This document shows, piece by piece, positions 45,101 to 57,100 of a stretch of DNA of 64,000 nucleotides. Position 1 is the stretch's first letter; each line of letters begins with the position of its first letter. The notes below the pieces were generated by a model that searched no databases, had not been told where the DNA came from, and saw nothing but the letters and a program-made list of their open reading frames with translations. Origin of the DNA: Heptranchias perlo (taxonomy: Eukaryota); assembly GCF_035084215.1 (NCBI RefSeq), contig NC_090344.1, forward strand, positions 43,276,001 through 43,340,000, in the 5' to 3' direction. A program made the position numbers and the translations under genes.

Positions 45101-48100
45101 TGAGAGGAATGCAGAGTCGTGGGGTTCAGGGTGAGAGGAATGCAGAGTCGTGGGGTTCAAGGTATGAGGAATGCAGAGTCGTGGGGTTCAGGGTGAGAGG
45201 AATGCAGAGCCGTGGGGTTCAGGGTGAGAGGAATGCAGAGCCGTGGGGTTCAAGATGAGAGGAATGCAGAGTCGTGGGGTTCAGGGTGAGAGGAATGCAG
45301 AGCCGTGGGGTTCAGGGTGAGAGGAATGCAGAGTCGTGGGGTTCAAGGTATGAGGAATGCAGAGTCGTGGGGTTCAGGGTGAGAGGAATGCAGAGCCGTG
45401 GGGTTCAGGGTGAGAGGAATGCAGAGCCGTGGGGTTCAGGGTGAGAGGAATGCAGAGCCGTGGGGTTCAGGGTGAGAGGAATGCAGAGCCGTGGGGTTCA
45501 GGGTGAGAGGAATGCAGAGCCGTGGGGTTCAGGGTGAGAGGAATGCAGAGCCGTGGGGTTCAGGGTGAGTGGAATGCAGAGCCGTGGGGTTCAGGGTGAG
45601 AGGAATGCAGAGCCGTGGGGTTCAAGGTGAGAGGAATGCAGAGCCGTGGGGTTCAAGGTGAGAGGAATGCAGAGCCGTGGGGTTCAAGGTGAGAGGAATG
45701 CAGAGCCGTGGGGTTCAGGGTGAGAGGAATGCAGAGCCGTGGGGTTCAGGGTGAGAGGAATGCAGAGCCGTGGGGTTCAGGGTGAGAGGAATGCAGAGTC
45801 ATGGGGTTCAGGGTGAGAGGAATGCAGAGCCGTGGGGTTCAGGGTGAGAGGAATGCAGAGCCGTGGGGTTCAGGGTGAGAGGAATGCAGAGTCGTGGGTT
45901 TCAAGGTGAGTGGAATGCAGAGCTGTGGGGTTCAGGGTGAGAGGAATGCAGAGTCGTGGGGTTCAGGGTGAGAGGAATGCAGAGTCGTGGGGTTCAGGGT
46001 GAGAGGAATGCAGAGTCGTGGGTTTCAAGGTGTGAGGAATTCAGAGTCATGGGGTTCAGGGTGAGAGGAATGCAGAGCCGTGGGGTTCAGGGTGAGAGGA
46101 ATGCAGAGTCGTGGGGTTGAGGGTGAGAGGAATGCAGAGTCGTGGGGTTCAAGGTGTGAGGAATTCAGAGTCATGGGGTTCAGGGTGAGAGGAATGCAGA
46201 GCCGTGGGGTTCAGGGTGAGAGGAATGCAGAGCCGTGGGGTTCAAGGTGAGAGGAATGCAGAGCCGTGGGGTTCAGGGTGAGAGGAATGCAGAGCCGTGG
46301 GGTTCAGGGTGAGAGGAATGCAGAGCCGTGGGGTTCAAGGTGAGAGGAATGCAGAGCCGTGGGGTTCAAGGTGAGAGGAATGCAGAGCTGTGGGGTTCAA
46401 GGTGAGAGGAATGCAGAGCCGTGGGGTTCAGGGTGAGAGGAATGCAGAGCCGTGGGGTTCAAGGTGAGAGGAATGCAGAGTCGTGGGGTTCAGGGTGAGA
46501 GGATTGCAGAGTCGTGGGGTTCAAGGTATGAGGAATGCAGTGTCGTGGGGTTCAGGGTGAGAGGAATGCAGAGCCGTGGGGTTCAGGGTGAGAGGAATGC
46601 AGAGCCGTGGGGTTCAGGGTGAGAGGAATGCAGAGCCGTGGGGTTCAGGGTGAGTGGAATGCAGAGCCGTGGGGTTCAGGGTGAGTGGAATGCAGAGCCG
46701 TGGGGTTCAGGGTGAGAGGAATGCAGAGGCGTGGGGTTCAGGGTGAGAGGAATGCAGAGCCGTGGGGTTCAGGGTGAGAGGAATGCAGAGCCGTGGGGTT
46801 CAGGGTGAGTGGAATGCAGAGCCGTGGGGTTCAGGGTGAGTGGAATGCAGAGCCGTGGGGTTCAGGGTGAGAGGAATGCAGAGTCGTGGGGTTCAGGGTG
46901 AGAGGAATGCAGAGTCGTGGGGTTCAAGGTATGAGGAATGCAGAGCCGTGGGGTTCAGGGTGAGAGGAATGCAGAGTCGTGGGGTTCAGGGTGAGACGGA
47001 TGGAGAGTTGTGGGGTTCAGTGGATGAAGAATGGAGAATATAGGAGTTCAGTAAGGCTGATGTGTTTGCAAAAAAGCCTGACAAGAAAATGGGATTTATG
47101 GGCCCTATGCATAGAAAGATTGTCTGTGTGTGAGTATAGGTATTTCTGCTCTGTGTGTGTGAGTGTAGATGTGTGTGCCCCGCATGCATGGGTGTAGATG
47201 AGTGGGCCCCGCGGGCGAGGGTGTAGATGAGTGGGCCCCGCGGGCGAGGGTGTCGATGTGTGGGTTCCCCCCCCGTGCGTGAGGGTGTCGATGTGTGTAT
47301 TGGAGAGAGATGTTCTGTGCAGCCCTATCAGCAGCAAAGCTACATGTTGAATATTGTCACCTGGACCACTTGCCTGCTATGCAGCCCAGGAGTGATATGA
47401 GAGAGAGAAACATTGACTCGGTGTCAGCTCCTGTACATGTACAGCACGCAGCGAGTAAAAGGGTACGATTCACTGCCGTCTGGTACTGTACGGTCCGTGT
47501 GTATCTTAGTGTCAGCTCACACAGAATGTACAGACAGAAAAAGAGAATGAGAGAAAGTGGCAGAGAGGAAGAATGAATGAAAGAAAGATAGAGAGAGAGT
47601 CCAAGTGAGACTGAAAAAGAAAGAGCAAATGAGACAGAGAAACAGACAGAGTGAAGTATGGGACAGAGAGGGACAGATAATGGCAGAGGGTGAGAGAGAG
47701 GGAAAGGGAGAAAAAGCAGACAAGGAGTCAGAGTTGGGGAAAAGAGAAAGAAAGTCAGAGGGAGAGAGAAACAAAGAGAAGGAAACAATGAGAAACAGAG
47801 CAGGACTGAATGAGACAGAGGGTGTGAGAGAGAGACTGAAACAGAAACAGAGAAATGGACTTGCACAAACTCAGATCGGCAGATTGGTCGGGTCTGGCAT
47901 GCAGATTGGAGGATGTGGAATGCAGTTTTGAGAAACCTTTATTCAATATTATGAAATAAAACACCAGTTTTTAAACATAACGACGAGATCTGCACCTGTA
48001 TTTTACTTGGACAGTTTCTGATCTGGCAGATGCAATTTGATGCGGATAAATGTGAAGTGATGCACTTTGGGAGGAGCAACATGGAGAGGCAGTATAATCT

Positions 48101-51100
48101 AAATGGTGGTATTTTGAGGGGGGGTGGAAGAGCAGAGGGACCTGGGGGTGTATATTCACAAATCTTTGAAGGTAGCAGAGCAAGTTGATTCGGCGGTAAA
48201 GAAAGCATATGGGATACTTGGCTTTGTAAATCAAAGGCATTGAATACAAAAACAATGAAGTCATGCTAAACCTTTACAAATCACTGGTTAGGCCTCAGCT
48301 GGAGTATTGTGTACAGTTCTGAGCACTACACTTTAGGGAGGATGTCAAGGCCTTGGAGAAAGTACAGTGAAGGTTTACCAGGATGAATCCAGGAATGAGT
48401 GACTTCAGTTATGTGGAGAGATTGGAAAAGCTGGGATTGTTCTCCTTCGAGCAGAGAAGTTTAAGGGGAGACCTAGTAGAGGTATTCAAAATTATGAGGG
48501 AGAAACTATTTCCTCTGGCAAGTGGGTCGGTAACCAGAGGTCATAGATTTAAGATAATTAACAAAAGAACTAGTATGGAAATGAGGAGAAATGTTTTCGC
48601 ACAGAGGGGTGTTAAGATCTGGAACGCACTACCTGAAAGGGTGGTGGAAGCAGATGCCATAGGAACATTCAAAAGACAACTGGACATGTACTTGAAGAGG
48701 ACTAATTTGCAGGGTTATGGGGAAAAAGCTGGGGTGTGGGACTAAATGGGACAGCTCTTTCAAAGAGTTGGCACAGGCACGATGGGCTGAATAGCCTCCT
48801 TCTGTGCTGTAAGAGTCTATGAGAGCCAGCACCAGTGTAACCCTGCTACAGTGAGAGTATCACTCAGGGAAATGTATAAAGTTATGGACCTTCAACCCAC
48901 ATAGAATCTAAAGCACAGAAACAGGCCATTTGGCCCAAATGGTCGATGCCAGTGATTATACTCCACATGGGCCTCCTCCCATTCCTTCCCACCTGGCACC
49001 CATATCCCTCAATTCCCTTCTCCCTCATTTTTGCATCAAGCCTCCCCTTAAATACATCAATGCTCTCTGCTTGAACCATTCCGCATGGCAGTGAGTTCCA
49101 CATTCTAACCACTCTCTGTGTAAAGAAATTCCTCCTAAAATTTTTATTTGATCTGTTAGTTTTATTTCTGCCCCCTTGTTCTGCACTGATCCACAAGTGG
49201 AAACAGTTTCTCTACATTCACCATATCAAACCCCATCATAATTCTCAAGAGCTGTATCAGGTATTCTCTTTTCCAGAGAAAAGAGCCCAAGCCTGGTCAA
49301 CCTTTCCTGACAGTTGCATTCTCTCAATTCTTGTAACATCCTTGGAAATCTTTTCTGCACTTTCTCCTGTGCTTCAATATTCTTTTTGTAGAATGGAGAC
49401 CAGAACTTCGCACAGCGCTCTAAGTGTGGTCTAACCAAGGTCCAATGTAAAGTTAACATTACCTCCCTGCTTTTGTATTCTTTTCCTCCAGAAATGAATC
49501 ACTGTGCTTTCTTTGCTCCTCTACCCCATTTTGTTTCTTACCATCCAAGGAATAAATGGCTTCCTTCTTCTACCAAAAGGAGCCACTTCACACTTTATGT
49601 TGAATTTCATTTTCCATTTATCCACCCACTCCACAAGCCTGTTTATGTCTGCCTGTATTTTACTGCACTGCTCCACATTATTAGCTGTACCCATCAATTT
49701 GGTATCATCTGTGCAATAAGCATTGAGAACTGGTAATAATAAGGAAGGCTGGACTTCTGTGCAGATTTGGATTATCACATAATGATGAGTTGTATCGCAC
49801 ATCAGGATTATTGTGGGATATTAACGTGCAGTAGTCACAGGTGGCGGATTATCTTTGATTGCCTGAGGTGGAACCAGAGCCGCTTCTCATAGACACAGGA
49901 TGTCTCAGAGGCCTGAGGTGGTTATCAGCTTCCTCCCTCCTACGGTCTACAGGCTATTTAAAACCCAAGCTTTACGTCACCACTTCTTGATTTACCTCAT
50001 CTTCTCTTCTACTCTTTTCAACCTTGTTGTTGGTGTCCTGCGCCATGGGCCTTGGCCCTTCACTTCTGTATCTCAGTAAAAATGAAGTCACACACTGTGT
50101 TGGGTTGACTGGTCTCTGCCCGAGTGGGAGTCGAGTGGTCACAATTATCCCTCAGTGCCCTTTGCTTAAGGAAGGGAAAATCAGCCAGAATTCCTGCTTC
50201 TGATCACAGTGCAGTGACTCCTGATGGAAACCGAATATGTGTTGACGTGATTCCTCCTGTGGTGGAATAGCCTATCAACACTCACGCTTGAATAATGGTA
50301 ACAGGATAGGTGCGAGTGGCAGCGAGTGGCAGCGCCTTCAGGAGAATTTTGAGAAAATTTGCATGGGGGAGAAAAAAAAATTACATTAGGTATACGGTCT
50401 GCCAACATCAGTAAGAAGATGGCGAAAGGAATCGCAAGCCTTCCTCCAAAGGTGTTGTGTTGTGCATTAATGTCTCACCTTTATTTTCTCTCACTTTTGC
50501 AGGATGTTTCTGTGGTTTGGGGTTGATTTACTCGAATAAATCGTGCACGATGCCTCCAATAACCTTCCAGGATCTTCCGTTAAACATCTACATGGTGATA
50601 TTTGGCACCGGAATCTTTGTCTTTGTCCTGAGTCTGATATTCTGCTGTTATTTTATCAGGTAACTGCCACCAGCTGTCTGTGGTGTATGGCCAGTCTTTT
50701 TTTTTAACATTAATTTCTGTGCTTATCAAGGTGAGGTGTGTTAGTGCTGGGGCACAGTAGTGCTAGCATCAAGCTTCACTACATTCACCAATATGCCTTA
50801 ACCCAACCTCAGAAGAACATCCCTTACTGCACTAATGCCATTTTTCCAATTCCCACACCAGCCATCCCATGGCCTTTAGGAGTGAGATTCCCAATTTTAG
50901 TGCCAGATTAGGAATAGTGTCATGCTGGGAGCGCTTATATGCCCATTGCCCAAAGTGATTTCATGTAGGTGCCTTATAGCTGGCAGAGAGGAGGTTTTCA
51001 TCTCTTCAGTCTTGGCTGGTTTTGAACTCAGAGGTGAGAGGCCAGTGTCCTGCCTCCTGAACTGCTGCCAAACTATGATCCATATTACTTCCCCTGCAGT

Positions 51101-54100
51101 TCTTTCCTGTGCTCACTCCCTGTGAGTTGGTGTTGATCATTATCTGTGAACACTCTTGCTGGCTGAGGTACTCAGTGACTGACAGCTTCTGAAAGTTGTA
51201 CTCTAACCCCATGAGGTTAGATCACAATGTAACTCCCCCGAGGCAAACAGTATTTATATTCTGAAGGCAGGCTAAGCACGAAATACTCAGCAATTAGATG
51301 GGCAGGAAACAACCATTGTGTTTATAAGAAAAGGCTGTGCGGGCAGCTGCTGTTAACTCTCTGAGTACTGTACCGAACCTGCAGGAGGCGGTGTGCATCT
51401 GGGAGGGGCAGGGGCAGGGGCAGGAGGGAGGTCACTCCTCCACCACGAAATATTGCTCTTCTAAATTTGCTTAGTGACCTGTAAACCCACGTGTACAGTA
51501 CCCACACTGGGATAGAACTAGCACTGGGACTCCCATAGGTAGATGTCAACAGACTGACTAGTGTCTTTCCATCCCTTGCTCAGTGGGGAGGGCAAGTTGA
51601 TAAAGCTGTAAAATAACAAATTGTGTGGCATTCTAGCTTTTATAAATAGGGGCATAGACTCCAAAAGCGAAGAGGTAATGCTAACCCTATATAAATTATA
51701 AGGTGTCAGCGGGACTCAATTGGTAGCACTCTCGCCTGAGTCAGAAAGTTGTGGATTCAATTCCCGCTCCAGAGACTTGAGCACATAATCTAGGCCGACA
51801 CTCCAATGCAGTACTGAGGGAGTGCCGCACTGTCAGAGGTGCCGTCCTTTGGATGAGATAGTAAACTAAGGCCCTGTCTGCCCTCGAAGGTGGACGTAAA
51901 AGATCCCATGGCATTATTTTGAAGAAGAGCAGGGGAGTTCTCCCCAGTGTTCTGGCCAATATTTATCCTTCAACCAACATCACTAAAACTGATTATCTAG
52001 TCATTTATCTCATTGCTGTTTGTGGGAGCTTGCTGTGTACAAATTGTCGGCCGTGTTTCTGACATTGCAACAGTGACGACACTTCAAAAAGTACTTAATT
52101 GATTGGAAAGCACTTGGGACGTCCTGAAAGGTGCTATATAAATACAATCTTTAAGCCACAATTACAATTTTATGGGGTGAATTTTCCTTGGAAAATGGAT
52201 GGACAGAAAATCGTACGCTGGGGCACATGATGTCTTGATATGCCAAGAAAGAAAATCCCCCCTTTGTGTTCCGTTTTGGACTCTTTACTTTCGGTAAGAT
52301 GTCAAAGACGTTGAGTGGGTACCAAAGGAATAAGGTGATACCAGGGATAGGAGGCTTTAATTATGAGGAGAGACTAGAAAAACTGGGATTAAGAGAGGGT
52401 ACAGTAGCATAGTGGTTATGTTATTGGGCTAGTAATCCAGAGGCCTGGACTAATAATCTGGAGTCATGAGTTCAAATCTCACCATGGTTGCTGGGGAATT
52501 AAAATTCAATTAATTAAATAAAATCTGGAATTAAAATACCAGTATCAGTAATGGTGGCCATGAAACTACCGGATTGTCGTAAAAACCGATCTGGTTCACT
52601 AATGTCCTTTAGGGAAGGAAACCTGCCATTCTTATCCAGTCTGGCCTATATGTGACTCCAGACCCACAGCAATGTGGTTGATTTTTAATTGCTCTCTGAA
52701 ATGGCCTAGCAAGCCACTCAGTTGTACAATCTCACTTAAAAAAAAAAGTCATAAGAAGAATAAAACCGGATGGACCAACCGGCGCCGGACACGACAAAGG
52801 CAAACCAAGCCCATTCGACCCTGCAAAGTCCTCCTCACGAACATCTGGGGACTTGTGCCAAAATTGGGAGAGCTGTCCTACAGACTAGTCAAGCAACAGC
52901 CTGACATAGCCATACTCACAGAATCATATCTTTCAGTCAACGTCCCAGACTCTTCCATCACCATCCCTGGGTATGTTCTATCCCACCGGCAGGACAGACC
53001 CACCAGAGGTGGCGGTACAGTGATATACAGTCAAGAGGGAGTGGCCCTGGGAGTCATCAACATTGAGTCTGGACCCCATGAAATCTCATGGCATCAGGTC
53101 AAACATGGGCAAGGAAACCTCCTGCTGATTACCACCTACCGTCCTCCCTCAGCTGATGAATCAGTCCTCCTCCATGTTGAACACCACTTAGCGGAAGCAC
53201 TGAGGGTGGCAAGGGCACAGAATGTACTCTGGGTGGGGGACTTCAATGTCCATCACCAAGAGTGGCTCGGCAGCATCACTGCTGGCCGAGTCCTGAGGAC
53301 ATTAGCTGCCAGACTGGGCCTGCGGCAGGTGGTGAGCGAACCAACACGAGGGAAAAACTTACTTGACCTCGTCCTCACCAATCTACCTGTCGCAAATGCA
53401 TCTGTCCATGACAGTATTGGTGGGAGTGACCACCGCACAGTCCTCGTGGAGACGAAGTCCCGTCTTCGCACTGAGCGCACCATCCAACGTGTTGTGTGGC
53501 ACTACCACCGTGCTAAATGGGATAGATTCAGAACAGCTCAAAACTGGGCATCCATGAGGCACTGTAGGCCATCAGCAGCATCAGAATTGTATTCGAGCAC
53601 AATCTGTAACCTCATGGCCCGGCATATTCCTCACTCTACCATTACCAATAAGCCAGGGCACAAGAGCAGCAGGCACATGGGAGCAACACCACCTGCACGT
53701 TCCCCTCTAAGTCACACACCATCCCGACTTGGAAATATATTGCTGTTCCTTCATCGTCGTTGGGTCAAAATCCTGGAACTCCCTAACAGCACTGTGGGAG
53801 AACCTTCACTACACGGACTGCAGCGGTTCAAGAAGGCGGCTCACCACCACCTTCTCAAGGGCAATTAGGGATGGGCAATAAATGCTGGCTTCGCCAGCGA
53901 CGCCCACATCCCATGAACGAATAAAAAAAGAGGAGATCTGATCGAGGTGTTCAAAATTATGAGGGGTTTTCATCAGTAAACTATTTCCACTGGTCATTGA
54001 GTTGGTATCCAGAGGCCATAAATTCAATCATCGCTAAAAGAAGGAAGGGAAAGGTTGTGATAAAAGGGCAGGGAAATGGGACTAAGTGGAGAGCTGTTTC

Positions 54101-57100
54101 AGAGAGTCGGCACAGGCACAATGAGCCGAATGGCCTCCTCCTGTGCTGTAAAATTCCAAAATTCACTCTGTGCACTCATGTCTCTCAATCCTAGTATCTA
54201 CACCAAGCCAGTTAGGCCTTGGTGCATACAAGATAGGCATGGAACAGGCTCAAGCGAGGCACTGGGATTAGCACCTGGCACTTGCAAGTTAACAGTTGCC
54301 TCTGAATCCGATTTTTTTTTCTCTTCTTGGATTATTATGCTTCCTGTGTCTAGCCTGGGAACGTGATGTACAGGCCTGTCAAGGTGCCGGAAACTTGAAC
54401 ACATCCTGCAAATTAAAGTCAACTTCCTGAGACACAACAATCGGGCTAAAGGCAGTGAGCTGCTACCAAAGTTTCTGGGCTATTTTAGGCTCTCTTGGCA
54501 GTAGGTACGGCTGTTAGGAAAGGATTTACCTCACACTTAACCCCCATCACACAGCCTCAGCATTTGAAGCTGGGTCGTCACCTCAGACAACATAAGCTTC
54601 ATGTCGGAAAACATAAAACAGCATAAGATCTCTCCCCATGTGTTGTGTGTATAACTATATCTGTGAGTGTGTGTATATATGTATAAAAGTGTGTGAGTTA
54701 ATAACTGTGTCCGTGTGGGAGGAGGGGGTGCCTAGATTTCCACTTAATTGAAGTTCCCCAAGTGGAATAATGGCAGCGTGCTGTTCGTGCCCTCAGAATT
54801 AAGGTGGGCCGATTGTGCAACAGTTTCCAGGGTTGGCCTCATTTTAATCGTACCGGTGATTTCCCTAGGGTAGTACCATCGCTGATTGAGGCGGAAACTT
54901 GCTTGCTGCTGCAGGATTTAAAGGCCTGCAGCAGCTTCAGGGATCAACAAAGCAAAAATGCATGACTCAAACTGTTCACATCAAAGAATAACAGTGAATG
55001 CTGCAGGAGAACAGATACCACCCACACCTGGTTCAGCAAGGAAGGAGTGGAAGTGTCCCAATCAGAGGTGTTTCCAGTGGCTGGAGCACACCTGGATATG
55101 GAAATGATGCTGACTCCAGAAACCACAATCAGGCCCATGGGTTATGCTGCTGCAGAGGTGGCAGGATTCTGGGTGTCGGATTTTTTCACACAGCCCCAGT
55201 GCTAGTGCTGTCTCTCTCTAACTCCGTGTGGCTAATACACGCATGTTATTACTTTGCTTAAATCTTGTGCACACAAAAATGCCTCAACACAAATTGTATT
55301 AAACTGGAGTACTGAATAACAAAATTTGTCGTGATATAGACATAGAATTTAGCTACGTATGTGTCACTCTGTACAGGTGTGTGTCAGTCCATGGCTGTAA
55401 CTCTGTCACATGTTCTGTATAAAAATGTGGTGAGTGTTGGAACTCCTCCAATATTTGGTACAGACTCTCCAACAGGCAGCAGTTTAGTTTGCAGCCAGTG
55501 TTGTGCTTTGATCTCTCTGCCATCGTTCCCTTCCGGAGAGATGAAGGATTGCTGAGGTGCAAGTTAGGCACGCTGTTGGAGAAATAATGATTTTAGCTTC
55601 CCACGATCTGAATGACTAACCATCTGTCTATTTCCTTTTCAGTAAACTCCGACACCAAGCACAGAACGAGAGATACGGATACAAAGAGGTAAAAAGAATG
55701 GGAATTTGCAGAGAACTAGCCTTAGGGTGCAGGCTCCAAACTGTAACTAGATTCACTGATCATACTGCAGCGCCACTGATCCAGCTCGGACTGTCCATCC
55801 GTGAGGAGAGTTTTCCTCCATATTACTGCCTGAAAGCAGGTAATCCCTGGGTGGAGAATCAAGGAAAATATAGGGGGAGAGGCCTATCGCTAAATCCATG
55901 CCCCTAAAATTGCCCCCTCTATTTCCAATAAAGACTTGCATTTATATAGCTCCTTTCACGACTTTGGGACGTGCCAAAGGGCTTTACAGCCAACAAAGTA
56001 CTTTTGAAGTGTAACCGCTGTTGGAAATGTGGCAGCCAATTTGCGCCCAGCAAGGTCCCACAAACAACGATGAGATAATGACCAGATGATCTGTTTTTGT
56101 GATTTTGGTTGAGGGATAAATATTGGCCAGGACACCAGGGAAAAGGTCCCTTGCTCCTCTTCGAAATAGTGCCATGGGATCTTTTACGTCCACCTGAGAG
56201 GGCAGATGGGGCCTTGGTTTAACGTCTCATCCAAAAGACAGCACCTCCGACAGTGCAGCACTCCCTCAGTACAGAACTGAGATTGTCAGTCTGGTTTATG
56301 AGCTGAAGCCTCTGGAGTGGGACTTGAACCCACAATCTTCTGATTCAGAGGCAAGAGTGCTACCACTGAGCCACAACGCACATAAATGATGACTCAGGAC
56401 TCCCTTGTTTTTCTGCACTGCTGATGGAAGGGAAGGCCAGAAAGTAAGAGTTGGTAGGGAGACTGTGCTGTTGGGATCCTGGCAGCATTAATGGTGAGGC
56501 CAGTATTTCCTCTATTTATATCACTTTGGCTCTCCTCGTAAAGATTCTTTAAGCCGGGCCTCAAATTACTTCAGTTCCCCTGGACTTGGAGCCCTTTTGT
56601 TGACCATTCAGTTGGCCAGTCCCTTTAAATTGCTGCAGCAGCAGAGCATTTCCCTCCCCCACACTGCACACTTAATTGACCACAACCCAAGACAATGGGA
56701 TAGGGTCACGCCCAGGCTGATCTAACAGGGGGAAGTCCCTCTCTGACCCACTTGTGGCAGCAATGAGGAAACCCTTCCCACCCCATCACCTCATCCATGT
56801 CGGCTCCAGCGTGGATAAGCCTGGCGTCTTTATTTTCAAGTTTTATTTTTTTAAACCAGCCATTTCTCAGGTTTTAATATTGAAAAGGGAAGTCAAAATC
56901 AGGGAACTGGCTGAAGGAGGAACTCTGTATTAGAAAAGTAATCCAAATTGTTTATTCACCTTCCCCCCCTTTTATTGCTCATACTTTTCGATTTCATTTT
57001 TCTATTCAGACAGTTGAATGGGTTCCCAATTAAATTTCAGATGAGAATCATATACAAAAATCTGGATAATAAAACGGAAAAGTAACGACCAGCCCTACAA

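Noticed and set aside
42380-47040. CRISPR-like array, or coding ORFs ([12 protein letters not shown]...) within the 31-bp repeat
   Set aside because: The units are contiguous with no unique spacers, the context is a eukaryotic intron, and the ORFs are by-products of the repeat.
51702-51790. tRNA gene
   Set aside because: The tRNA-like head continues into a SINE body found many times in the window; I found no intact cloverleaf or terminator.
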